Shown one piece after another: positions 10,401-19,310 of a stretch of 64,000 nt of DNA (positions are counted from its first letter, which is position 1; each line of letters begins with the position of its first letter). The translations under genes were made by a program, and so were the position numbers. The DNA is from Chitinophagales bacterium (GTDB taxonomy: Bacteria > Bacillota > Syntrophomonadia > Syntrophomonadales > DTU052): the NCBI GenBank assembly GCA_050259035.1, contig JBLMZW010000141.1:270-64269 (forward strand). The letters are read 5' to 3'. The notes beneath the pieces are model-generated. The model made no database searches and was not told where the DNA came from. It worked only from the letters and a program-made list of their open reading frames with translations.

Positions 10401-10551
10401 GATGAAATGGGTAGAGGAAGAAGCGGATAAACTGGTTAATTGCATTCAGTCTGGCCGATTCATGCCACCCCGGAACTGTCCATGGACAAACTGCCCATTT
10501 ACTTCGGTATGCAGGCACGACCGGCAGCGCCTGGCGGGAAAGGAGGCCTAG
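7408..10551 (+). CDS. addB: AddB/RexB-like helicase-nuclease subunit B with Fe-S PD-(D/E)XK nuclease
   Basis: SVSQLNSYAACPFRYF, GFIDRVD, DYKTS, QLPIY, C-terminal CPWTNCPFTSVC. The ORF track starts at 7456, but an in-frame CTG at 7408 follows GGAGGTG. Confidence 0.8.
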   Translation: MKKCFLTPFASSKRRELVRECIKYMHRGQKAVYILPSREAMFDVRRMLTEENGGISDCLILGFDNLERIITRSQVKRDTLNNGEVRSIIRGLLATMRPPVFAGVIDKPGLTDGLVTAIKSLKRQYISPADFNHRISGFEGIVQDKCQAVSHIYQAYEEYKEAHGSLDIDDLSWLAINNAAEAPLFNTTGVIVIDGFINIDAVNVELLREIAATYPEIDFLAHVPFRNVHNEDFLRDEVLKDLEQLGFECVNDNSPAESEPAVTSLARELYAGKACLGDMRDCLEVVPGPCMDYELREAARAIKKLIIEGVNPSDIAIYCSTGEEYRPKAIEIFAEMGVPLRISGGDRLYSIPLVKDLFDLFRFLAEEPNERYFRSLVGSKYLIPLEAAAVLPDENYRLVKLAGQLAKSREPDLYLSSFRQAVPEILVDAPSRDAMIKYISTIEEFPDNCNNQSEWLLAFKTLVNSLHLIDKVKWMKIQSILNETSFMRDVLALQGFIGVIDELIASYRKLDTMPYAEWKRYLISDLHDQLLFKETDLRLKGLQGVNFLSPDMARGQNYHAVFIIGLNEDCFPSVGTGNLLFNFRENTVLNENGINFRYPLWELQRERIRFNSCLGSARKSIFLSYRTGDESDNYIISSPFLDEVALVLGDHFKEIERPMVSMRQRLDYSQEPASWREAMRQMTGRMWRLRSGPGLDVPYLKGISNARIHELNYINHAARMEISRMDNPKFDKYDGLLSSPQLAQSDNDYIFSVSQLNSYAACPFRYFIERVLDLKEEEDGPLGYMNIGSFYHTVLENYYRNHPDPLVLDSARLDSIFEQNVDVLNDGSIPDTIFQSVKVELLNVLQTFLQNDAGVLKYIRDNTNCDMKPALFEQEFELDQQFGNQKIKGFIDRVDLEYDQKQELTGRYIIYDYKTSNAKTLKDCIEGLDYQLPIYHSAVNELLKNKHGIQNPECLALIYYSIKESNRRGIVRKDIKKSLFKGKTGPRDLLGPDNIRVVMKWVEEEADKLVNCIQSGRFMPPRNCPWTNCPFTSVCRHDRQRLAGKEA

Positions 10552-10555
10552 AGCT

Positions 10556-13500
10556 ATGACGTTAGAAGTGCAGAAAAAGTACGGGGTAAATGAAGAACAG
10601 GCCATGGCTCTGGACCTTGGGACCAGTATTGCCCTGCGAGCCGGAGCAGGTTCCGGCAAGACCAGAGTCCTTACCAAACGATTCATGCGGCTCCTGCTGG
10701 AGGAGCCAAATATTGATCTTGATAGAATTCTGGCGATTACTTTTACTCGTAAGGCGGCAACCGAGATGAAAGACCGTGTTCGCCAAGAGTTATCGGAACG
10801 GATAGCGGACTGCGTTAATAATGATGATAAGAACCGACTGAACCGCTTCCGTATGTTTGTGACCATGGCGCATATCGATACCATCCACGGTTTTTGTGCC
10901 AAACTCCTTAAAGACAATTATGTTCACGCAGGGATTGATCCAAATTTTGAGGTGATGGAGGAAGTTGACGTCACCATAAAGTTAAACGAACTGGCAGAAC
11001 AGGCAGTAAAGAACTATATCGAAGACCCCGGGAATGACGATCAAGTTGTTAAGGTGCTTGAGGGGTATGGCTCAGGTTTATTTATTAAGGGAAGCCTCAG
11101 TCAGGGGCTGGTGGAAGTGTATAAATCAATTCGGGGTAAGGAATCTGATCCATCAAGGATTAGGCCCTATGATGATGGCCCGGAAGAGGTCAAAGCTCTT
11201 CAGATAATGGGGTGCAGTCTTCTGGCCAGACTCCATAAAGCATACCAGGAATACAAAGCCCGGGTGAATAAATTAGATTTTAACGATCTCGAAAACATGG
11301 CAGCAGATATTCTCCTGGATAGTTCAGTTCAGAAGTGCTGCCAGGAGCGGTTTCAATACATAATGATTGATGAGTTCCAGGATGTAAATCCTTTGCAAAA
11401 ACAGGTCATTGACCGGTTAATTGGAGATGAGACTGCCATCAAACCCGGAAGCCTGTTTATTGTCGGGGATCATAAGCAGTCTATTTACGGATTTCGTGGA
11501 GCAGACAACAGTGTGTTTGAGGAAATGTGCGAGAAAATAGATAATTATGGAGGCCTGAGGTATCTTAGAAATTGTTACCGCAGTACACAGACCATAATTA
11601 AAACGGTTAATGATATCTTCCGTAACTTAATGGATGATTTCCAGGAGTTAAACTATCCTGACCTTAACACCCGGCAAGAGAAAGAAGTAGAACTTATAAG
11701 CTGGAGCAAGGATGATTTTAAGGAAGATAAACAGCCAACCCGTTGGGATAAGGCTAAAAAGCTGCTCCCGGATGATGAGCGGGGCGATGAACTGGCTGCC
11801 TCGCTTAGAGCTGAATATAGTGAGCAAGTACTGCAATCAAAAAAGGACTTCCAGGGGGATATTATAGCAGCCCGCATAAAACAATTGACCGATGAGGGAT
11901 TTGATTATTCGGATATCGCTATTATAATGCGCAGTCGTGCTAATCTCACCCGAATTGAGATATCTTTGTCACGGTACGAGATTCCATATTGCGTTCTGGG
12001 CGGTCTGGGGTTTTGGGATAGACAAGAAGTAGTGGAGATTATGGCTCTTTATCGATTGGTTTTTAACCCTGAGGATCGGCTGGCTCTGTTTACTGTTTTT
12101 CGTTCGCCTTTAATCGGGTTTTCTGATGACCTTGTCCTGGCTTATTCAAGTCTATGGAGCAGCAATAGGAATCTTTCCATCACCGGAATATGCGATATGT
12201 TAATGAAAAGTGCAGGGGATGATCGCTGGATTGTGCAGCGGGCCGCCAGGGTGTTTAAGATTCTACTGCCTTTGGATGGGGTAGAGAATGCCAGCGAATT
12301 GATAAGGAGTATTATTAACTATACCGGTTACAAAGATATCCTTCTGGCTCTGCCGTTGGGAGAGAAAAAGTTCAGGAATCTAGAGAAACTTGTTCGCATA
12401 ATAGACGATTTCGAGAGCAAGGGGACCTACGGAGCGCGGGAATTGCCGAGCTATATTGATACTATTAAGGAACTGGGAACCCTGGATGGCGAAGCACGCC
12501 TCGATACCGAAGACTCCAATGCAGTTAAAATCCTTACCATTCATGCAGCGAAAGGACTGGAATTTCCTGCGGTTATTATTCCCGATATGGATGCGGCCCT
12601 TGATCGAATGGCCAAACAAGCCAGGCCGTTGTTTCTATTTGAGCCTGAATACGGAGTAATTGGGGCTAGTTCTGCTAATACAGAGGAATCAGCAGACAGC
12701 ATTTCATTGTATCAGCAAATAATCAATGAACGAGTGACCAGGGATCTGACAGAAAGCCGCCGTTTGTTTTATGTGGCCACTACCAGAGCCAAAGATTTTT
12801 TAGCAATGGTGGGCGAGGAACAGGAAGTCAAGGATGAAAACAATCTTAACAGCTTCATGCGGCAGCTAATATGGTCGAGCAATAAATCTGGAATCCCGGC
12901 TACCATTAAGAAGGTTAAAGCCAGTGATCTTACGAGAATCACCGCAGCCAGGAATTCGTACCCTCCGGATAGCTTTACCGAGAACGAAATCCTGGTAAAT
13001 CTTATTCTTACAGAAGACCGAAGTGAGCACTTCCCGATTTTGGCTTCTGTTCCGGCTGCCTGTCAGGGAACAGTCAGCATTACCAGATGGCTCAAGTTCA
13101 ATGAATGTCCCCGGGCTTACTACTATAGCTATATTGCCGGACTTAAAGCCATTGATACATTTGAATCAGAGACAGAAGAAATTCAGGAAGGCGAGAATCC
13201 AATGGTCATTAGTGCCGCCGAAACAGGAACCATGGTTCACGCCCTGCTGGAAGAAGTGGAGGTTGATTTTACCCATCCCCCAGAAATGAATAACATACTG
13301 ACTCTGCTTCAGGCAAATACTGCCGACCCTTCTATTAAGGAATACCTTGAAAATTACGTTTTAATAGAGAAAGACTATCGGGCCCAGGTTCATGGACGTT
13401 GGTTAAAAACTCTCAAAGAATATTATTTCCGGGTTCCGATAGACGAGCATCTTAGCCTGAGCGGTATCATTGACCGGATAGACCTGTTTGAAAACAATGG

Positions 13501-13867
13501 ACAGCTTGAAGCCAGAATAATAGATTATAAGACCAGTCGCATCATTTCAATTGAGCAGTCAGAAGAAAGGGCATCTATTTACCGGGACCAACTACTGGCC
13601 TATGCCTATGCAGCCAACAACCTGCCTTTGTTAGACGGCCAAAAACCAGTGGTTGCTTCGGCCAATCTTTATTTTCTGCATAATGGCCAGAGAATCAGTA
13701 TTGACTTGTCTCACGGGGTTCAAAAAGAATTTCTGAATAAACTGATCGAAGCAACTCCCTGGCTGCTTGGAATTAAAGAGATAAGCGAATATACGTGCTC
13801 CAGTCATCGCTGCAGTTGGTGTGACTTCCAAGCGATTTGTGATAATAATGAACCGATTCAGGTTTAA
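10556..13867 (+). CDS. addA: AddA-like UvrD helicase-nuclease subunit A
   Basis: AGAGSGKT, TFTRKAA, DEFQD, VGDHKQSIYGFRGA, TIHAAKGLEF, YVATTRA, GIIDRID, DYKTS. Confidence 0.85.
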   Translation: MTLEVQKKYGVNEEQAMALDLGTSIALRAGAGSGKTRVLTKRFMRLLLEEPNIDLDRILAITFTRKAATEMKDRVRQELSERIADCVNNDDKNRLNRFRMFVTMAHIDTIHGFCAKLLKDNYVHAGIDPNFEVMEEVDVTIKLNELAEQAVKNYIEDPGNDDQVVKVLEGYGSGLFIKGSLSQGLVEVYKSIRGKESDPSRIRPYDDGPEEVKALQIMGCSLLARLHKAYQEYKARVNKLDFNDLENMAADILLDSSVQKCCQERFQYIMIDEFQDVNPLQKQVIDRLIGDETAIKPGSLFIVGDHKQSIYGFRGADNSVFEEMCEKIDNYGGLRYLRNCYRSTQTIIKTVNDIFRNLMDDFQELNYPDLNTRQEKEVELISWSKDDFKEDKQPTRWDKAKKLLPDDERGDELAASLRAEYSEQVLQSKKDFQGDIIAARIKQLTDEGFDYSDIAIIMRSRANLTRIEISLSRYEIPYCVLGGLGFWDRQEVVEIMALYRLVFNPEDRLALFTVFRSPLIGFSDDLVLAYSSLWSSNRNLSITGICDMLMKSAGDDRWIVQRAARVFKILLPLDGVENASELIRSIINYTGYKDILLALPLGEKKFRNLEKLVRIIDDFESKGTYGARELPSYIDTIKELGTLDGEARLDTEDSNAVKILTIHAAKGLEFPAVIIPDMDAALDRMAKQARPLFLFEPEYGVIGASSANTEESADSISLYQQIINERVTRDLTESRRLFYVATTRAKDFLAMVGEEQEVKDENNLNSFMRQLIWSSNKSGIPATIKKVKASDLTRITAARNSYPPDSFTENEILVNLILTEDRSEHFPILASVPAACQGTVSITRWLKFNECPRAYYYSYIAGLKAIDTFESETEEIQEGENPMVISAAETGTMVHALLEEVEVDFTHPPEMNNILTLLQANTADPSIKEYLENYVLIEKDYRAQVHGRWLKTLKEYYFRVPIDEHLSLSGIIDRIDLFENNGQLEARIIDYKTSRIISIEQSEERASIYRDQLLAYAYAANNLPLLDGQKPVVASANLYFLHNGQRISIDLSHGVQKEFLNKLIEATPWLLGIKEISEYTCSSHRCSWCDFQAICDNNEPIQV

Positions 13868-14050
13868 CCTACTATTTCTTAAAGATATTTCGTTATTAAA
13901 TACACCCGTTAATTGTATCCCAAGTAAACCAAAGTTATTGACGATAGCGGAGATAAGCGGATAATTAAACGTAATAAGACCTAAACGAAGGGAGGATATA
14001 ATTCACAGCACTAATTAAAGACGAAACGCAGCAAGAAAGGAAGATAAGAA

Positions 14051-14434
14051 ATGAACTGGTATCTAACCGTAATGCAGAAGTATGTTGTCTTTGACGGACG
14101 TGCAAGGCGCAAAGAGTATTGGATGTTTATCTTATTTAATATTATATTTGGCGCATGCGCAATGATTCTGGATAGTCTTCTTGGTACGTCAAAAGTTGGC
14201 GGCATGTATGGAATCATATATTCTCTGTATACACTCGCGGTTTTCCTCCCCTCCCTGGCTGTTTCCATAAGAAGACTGCATGATGTTGGCAAGAGCGGCT
14301 GGTTTATACTTATCGCGTTTATCCCTATAATAGGCGCTATATGGTTATTAATACTGATGTGTACTGATGGGAAACCTGGTGAAAACCAATATGGTCCCAA
14401 CCCCAAAGAAGAATCTTTAAATACAGTAATGTAA
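14051..14434 (+). CDS. DUF805 (YhaH-like) inner membrane protein
   Basis: FDGRARRKEYW, RRLHDVGKSGW, NQYGPNP motifs. Confidence 0.9.
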   Translation: MNWYLTVMQKYVVFDGRARRKEYWMFILFNIIFGACAMILDSLLGTSKVGGMYGIIYSLYTLAVFLPSLAVSIRRLHDVGKSGWFILIAFIPIIGAIWLLILMCTDGKPGENQYGPNPKEESLNTVM

Positions 14435-14590
14435 GTCTTTGACATAGTCTTTGAGTGGCGCGAACCGTCGGGTATTTAGGCTTTTGGGAAAATATTTAGA
14501 CTGCCTTTGGCTCGTGTGGTTAAAGGATTAGAAGACATTATATGCGCCACTCATTACTATTTCATGTACGCGAACTGATATAGAGACTTT

Positions 14591-15271
14591 TTAACTGGCA
14601 TATTCCCCGGAATAACTCACTAGAACCACATCTTTAACTCCTTCGATGGACGACAATGTATTAACAAAACCGGTATTATCATCCTTTAACTTTACCTCAA
14701 TGGTTAATTCAATACTATCTTCGGCTATGGTCTTGGATTTCAGCGTATATTTTAGACGGTTTAAAACCGTTCTTACCTCATCATGGGCTCTTTCGTCATA
14801 ATGAATAACCAGCATGTACGGAGATCGCTTAATATTAAATCTCGCAAAAACAAGAATTACAATTCCGGCAAAAAGCGAACCGATTACTGAAATGGTATAC
14901 ATTTGGGCTCCGGTAGCGATCCCAACTCCAATAGCCCAGAACATAAAGACAATATCCATCGGGTCTTTCAGGGCAGTTCTGAAACGAACAATACTTAACG
15001 CCCCTACCATTCCCAAAGAGAGAACAATATTTGAGCTTACCGTCATAATTACCATGGTAGTGAGGAGGCACATCAGAACTAGAGACACATTATAGTAATA
15101 ACTGTAAACAACGCCCCGAAAAGTAGTCTTATAAATGTAAAAGATAAAACAGGCCAGCAGAAGCGCAATCCCTAAACCCGTAAAAACATCGATGGAAGAT
15201 ATTTTATCCAGAGCATATAAATCCAGAATACTGCGTTTCAAAAGCTTTTGAAAGGTCATTACTTTGTCCAT
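14591..15271 (-). CDS. DUF4956 membrane protein (MgtC-like TM region plus small C-terminal domain)
   Basis: SLGMVGALSIVRFRTALKDP signature. Confidence 0.85.
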   Translation of the reverse strand: MDKVMTFQKLLKRSILDLYALDKISSIDVFTGLGIALLLACFIFYIYKTTFRGVVYSYYYNVSLVLMCLLTTMVIMTVSSNIVLSLGMVGALSIVRFRTALKDPMDIVFMFWAIGVGIATGAQMYTISVIGSLFAGIVILVFARFNIKRSPYMLVIHYDERAHDEVRTVLNRLKYTLKSKTIAEDSIELTIEVKLKDDNTGFVNTLSSIEGVKDVVLVSYSGEYAS

Positions 15272-15282
15272 TGCTGCCTCCT

Positions 15283-15981
15283 TTAGTACAGTTTAGTATT
15301 GCTGGTTCTGCAGAGTACGTATTTGGAAATAGCCCATCGGTTATGAGCGGGCATTCTCAAAAGATCGCTGAGATGCCCGGGGAAAAAATGGCGGAACTTA
15401 ATCTCCATGATCACCAGTGACTTGTCTAAAGCCCTCAGGGCTACCAGGTTTTCATTGAAGATGTCGGTTGAATCAAAACCAGCCGTCAAATGCTTATCAA
15501 AAGTAATTCGTACCGCAGTTCCGTCCATTACAAAAGCTTCTCGTAAATAGTCCACAATTACTTTGGGCCGCAAAATGCCAGTTAATGATTTTCGGCAAAA
15601 CTCACCTAAAAGATTCTGGTTGAATTGCATAGTATGCATGTTGTTGTGCGTTATTCCCTGGTATTCATTCCTGGTCAAGACCCTGCTTCGCTTGCGAAAG
15701 AAATCGCCGCGCCGTTCTTTGCGTTCCAGTTTTATTGGCTGATCAGCCAGATTATAAATTCGTATTCGGTATCTCTCACGCTCACTGATACCATAGTTCT
15801 TTTCATACAATGATGAATTATGAATGTCATCAAAATACAAACTTCTTACATGGTAATTGCCCTGGGAATCCGCAAAAGAATCGTGTTTCAAGAAAGCCTT
15901 TAGACGGTTTCTCAGATTAATGTATTCGTTGTGGTTGATATAATATTTGTATTCATGCCTGAAATAGTCGCTGCTGTTCAC
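15283..15981 (-). CDS. VTC-domain (polyphosphate polymerase / CYTH-like) protein
   Basis: RHEYKY, VRSLYFD, RYRIRIY, LERK, DYLREAF, VRITFD, MEIKF, SKY motifs. Confidence 0.85.
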   Translation of the reverse strand: MNSSDYFRHEYKYYINHNEYINLRNRLKAFLKHDSFADSQGNYHVRSLYFDDIHNSSLYEKNYGISERERYRIRIYNLADQPIKLERKERRGDFFRKRSRVLTRNEYQGITHNNMHTMQFNQNLLGEFCRKSLTGILRPKVIVDYLREAFVMDGTAVRITFDKHLTAGFDSTDIFNENLVALRALDKSLVIMEIKFRHFFPGHLSDLLRMPAHNRWAISKYVLCRTSNTKLY

Positions 15982-16005
15982 TGCTGCTCCTCTTAAATAT
16001 GAAAT

Positions 16006-17712
16006 CTAACGAACCCTAAAAGACTTCACTCCGTGATATATATTGCCGGAGTCATCCTGAAAATCATCAAAAGCAATTTGCGTATGACCCTTGCTGTCAT
16101 GAACAACCACTTTCCAGTAATAAGTTCCAGCTGGCAGCATGCTAAAGGCATATTTGATTTGGGGAGTTTGTGCCTTATGAATCACTCTGGTGAATCCGGG
16201 GTCAGAAGCTATTTGAATCTCATAGAACAGATCATCCCCTTGAATATCAAAAGAAGGATCCCAGTTTAGAACGAGCTTCCCGTATTCACTGGCCAACTCT
16301 CCCAGGTAAACCGGCATAGGATTCTCCAGACTTTTCAAAAAAGCACGACGGTTTTCTTCAGGAACGCTTTCCAGCCTTGTATACTCTTTCTCAAAATCCT
16401 GGTAGGTTCCTGGTAAACCGTTCAGGTCAGGAGACCTGGCCAAACACCAGCTGACCGTATCATAATAACCAGCTAGCAGGGTATGGGTATTTTTTTTATT
16501 AATAATCTTAGAAAGCTCATCCACCTTGTCACACAAAGCTTTAACATTGTCCGGATCGCTAAAGAATCTACGGTGAAGTACACATCCCCAATAATTAGCC
16601 AAACCTGAATGCCATTCCGCCGCCCAACTCTTCCTAATGCCTAATTGTGTTGTATAGCCCCAGGCACCGTCGTAATCCCAGGGAACAAAATAGAATTTAC
16701 CGGAAGCGGCGGGGGAATAGAGAAGAAAGTTTTGGGATTGGGTATCGGTATTACCCATTAGTATATTAGCCGCCATCCAGGTAAGGTAGTTGTTCCGGTC
16801 AAAATACTTGTCCACCACCTTATTGATATCCTGATTGTAATCATTTACGGCGTCCAACATGGCCAGTAAGTTGGTGTGATTATCCCCGGATCTTATGGAT
16901 AGCACTGTTTCAAAAGCTGCCTTATTGTATTTAGGATCGTTGGCATTCCTTAACTTGTCCGGGTATCTAAAGAACTCAAACATTTCTGCCTTATACAAGT
17001 TGCCATTGGGATCCAAACCGTGTGATACCAGGAACTTATGATTAGGTTGTTCTACTTGGGTGTAGAGGCCATAGGTTTGATAAAAATTAGCACTATCCCC
17101 ACTTGATAAGTCCTTTACATGAAGGACTACAAACCGGGTTCTCAGGCTAACCATATCGGGTATTATACGGAAAAAGTCGAAGCTTAATTTATTTCTTACT
17201 CGAGTTATATCCGCCGAATGTTTGTTCAAATTGATAATGCGTTGTCCATTCCACAAGCCAGCATTGTTTTGTAGACGAATCCGATATGATTTGGTGTTTT
17301 GGCGCCTGGCAGCCTGCCCTCGTAGATCCAGGGTGCCGTTAGATTCCTTTTCTCCGTAACCAATCATTCCCCGTTTTGGACCCTTTTCATCACCTTCCTG
17401 TAGAATGATCTTCATACTGGGACTGGCTTCACCTTTGGCAAATATTGCATTATTTAAATAATCAAAAGTAACGGACGGATTATCGTAGTCCTTTAAAACG
17501 GTAAGGTAGAGATGAGCAACTCCAGAGTCATCTTTTTGATAAACATACTTGTTATCGACCAGCTGATAATTACTTTCGTTGGAAACTCTACCGGACTTAG
17601 TCACAAGATTAGCATTTTTTTCAGCGGTAAATTGTTTATATAGGGGACCTGACAGAACTACACCCGCTAATATTATTGCTAAGATTATGAGATTAAGATT
17701 TTTTTTAAACAT
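16006..17712 (-). CDS. CotH kinase family protein, exported, with C-terminal FN3-like domain
   Basis: N-terminal signal/anchor; RG..KSYRI, YGLYTQVE, NTD..SQNFLLY and PWDYD motifs; GTYYWKVVVHD FN3-like tail. Confidence 0.85.
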   Translation of the reverse strand: MFKKNLNLIILAIILAGVVLSGPLYKQFTAEKNANLVTKSGRVSNESNYQLVDNKYVYQKDDSGVAHLYLTVLKDYDNPSVTFDYLNNAIFAKGEASPSMKIILQEGDEKGPKRGMIGYGEKESNGTLDLRGQAARRQNTKSYRIRLQNNAGLWNGQRIINLNKHSADITRVRNKLSFDFFRIIPDMVSLRTRFVVLHVKDLSSGDSANFYQTYGLYTQVEQPNHKFLVSHGLDPNGNLYKAEMFEFFRYPDKLRNANDPKYNKAAFETVLSIRSGDNHTNLLAMLDAVNDYNQDINKVVDKYFDRNNYLTWMAANILMGNTDTQSQNFLLYSPAASGKFYFVPWDYDGAWGYTTQLGIRKSWAAEWHSGLANYWGCVLHRRFFSDPDNVKALCDKVDELSKIINKKNTHTLLAGYYDTVSWCLARSPDLNGLPGTYQDFEKEYTRLESVPEENRRAFLKSLENPMPVYLGELASEYGKLVLNWDPSFDIQGDDLFYEIQIASDPGFTRVIHKAQTPQIKYAFSMLPAGTYYWKVVVHDSKGHTQIAFDDFQDDSGNIYHGVKSFRVR

Positions 17713-17750
17713 AATTTACATCCTTGCTGCATATAATTTAAGTTGCGATT

Positions 17751-19310
17751 CTAGTTAGAATATTCCGGGGTCAGTGAATCGACACAATCGCCTGACCTTG
17801 GCGTATCTATTGAACCTTTTCCTTCTGATTCCTTGGTAGTATCTTCATCACTGGTTTGCTTCTCATTAGTTGCACCCACTTCATCCAAACGTCTTACCAT
17901 ACGAGATATAGGACCGGCGGATTCGTTTACCCATAAGGGCTGAGAACAGAAGGTAAAATAGTCAATGTTTCTAAGGACATAGGATAGGCGTTCAAGGGCT
18001 ATTATGTAGCTGATGAAGCTGGCTAGAAAATATCCGGTTCCATAAAAGGATTCTCCAAGCTCTACGCTGAGGATCGTTAGTCCTAAATTCAATACTAGAA
18101 AACAGAAGGAGATTAAAAAAGTTCCTTTCCGGTCATCAAAGTAGAATAAAAGCATTATAGCTATGAACATGTTAATATAGCCAAAACCACCCAAGACTAG
18201 CATAAAAAAGATTTCTGTTGAGATTTTATTGAAACCAACCATCGGTAAGAACTTTACTCCAAGGATAAAGGCTATAAGTACGATAAAAAACTGTATCTGA
18301 GCTATGTGGTTTATTTCTTGAAAAACCACTTCATTCATTTCTTTTTTGGCCATTTGTATTTCGGTGATTGTGGACCCTTTTAATATATTGGAGTAATATC
18401 CCCTATATTTCTGATAAAAGTTGGTTTCAACCGAAACCACAAAGAGTACCATGGTAGGAATAATAGTTAAAACTGCAAAGAAGGTGGGGACATCATAAAG
18501 GGAACACATGGCATAGGTTTTGCCTAGAATGATTCTATGGGGACTTACCCAGAAAACGAAATTATGAACATAAGGGGCCAGAGTAAGGAAAAAACCGGTG
18601 ATTAAAATGGGATAAAATTTTTCTATATAAATTAGGAATTCCGCCATGTTGCTGGTTGAAGTGCCGTAAAAACTCTTTATATGGGTCGCAAACCAGATCA
18701 TGACTATTAAAAAACCTGCATCAACTGATAATAATACCAAGGAAACTAAGTCTATGTTATAGACATTTTTTAAAACCAAAGTGAAAACCATCGACAAGAG
18801 ACAGCTTAACGTAAAACCCAGAACAATTCGTATATAATCCTTAACAGCAGAAAGATAAATCATTTCTAGCCAGATTTGACAAAGCACAACGAAAAAACAA
18901 TAGGCTAGAATCTTATAGAGTAAAGGTAGTGGAGAATTCCAGTAGAAAAATAAGCCTGCTATAGCCGACAGGATTAATATAAATACTTGGGACCCATAAA
19001 AAGACTGTATGATACTTTCATATCGCTTAAGGTATAAATGATCAGAAATGAAACGGGACAATACAAATAAAAAGCCGCTGGTTAGGATTTGGGAGAAAAT
19101 AAAAGAGTAAACGATGGTTGCCAGCAAAAGCTCTATGCTGGAATACCTGACATTTTGTTTAATGAGATAGTACTGTACGAAAAAAATTAATCCAATACAA
19201 AATATCACCGGTCCTACAGTAACCAGAGCAGAATAGACGTATCCAGATAAATTGGATAAAAGACCTCTTTGATTAAATAACTTTTTCAGTTCAAAACCAA
19301 CACCGGCCAT
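17751..19310 (-). CDS. pelG: Exopolysaccharide Pel transporter PelG
   Basis: MAGVGFELKK start, SRFISD, YDVP, VETNFY..YR.YY, LFYFDDR; polytopic membrane protein. Confidence 0.9.
   Translation of the reverse strand: MAGVGFELKKLFNQRGLLSNLSGYVYSALVTVGPVIFCIGLIFFVQYYLIKQNVRYSSIELLLATIVYSFIFSQILTSGFLFVLSRFISDHLYLKRYESIIQSFYGSQVFILILSAIAGLFFYWNSPLPLLYKILAYCFFVVLCQIWLEMIYLSAVKDYIRIVLGFTLSCLLSMVFTLVLKNVYNIDLVSLVLLSVDAGFLIVMIWFATHIKSFYGTSTSNMAEFLIYIEKFYPILITGFFLTLAPYVHNFVFWVSPHRIILGKTYAMCSLYDVPTFFAVLTIIPTMVLFVVSVETNFYQKYRGYYSNILKGSTITEIQMAKKEMNEVVFQEINHIAQIQFFIVLIAFILGVKFLPMVGFNKISTEIFFMLVLGGFGYINMFIAIMLLFYFDDRKGTFLISFCFLVLNLGLTILSVELGESFYGTGYFLASFISYIIALERLSYVLRNIDYFTFCSQPLWVNESAGPISRMVRRLDEVGATNEKQTSDEDTTKESEGKGSIDTPRSGDCVDSLTPEYSN

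Noticed and set aside
7408-13867. Cas4 or dedicated defence nuclease-helicase
   Set aside because: The Cas4-like Cys staples sit on full-length AddB/AddA architectures, with no cas genes or array nearby; DNA repair is the simpler call.
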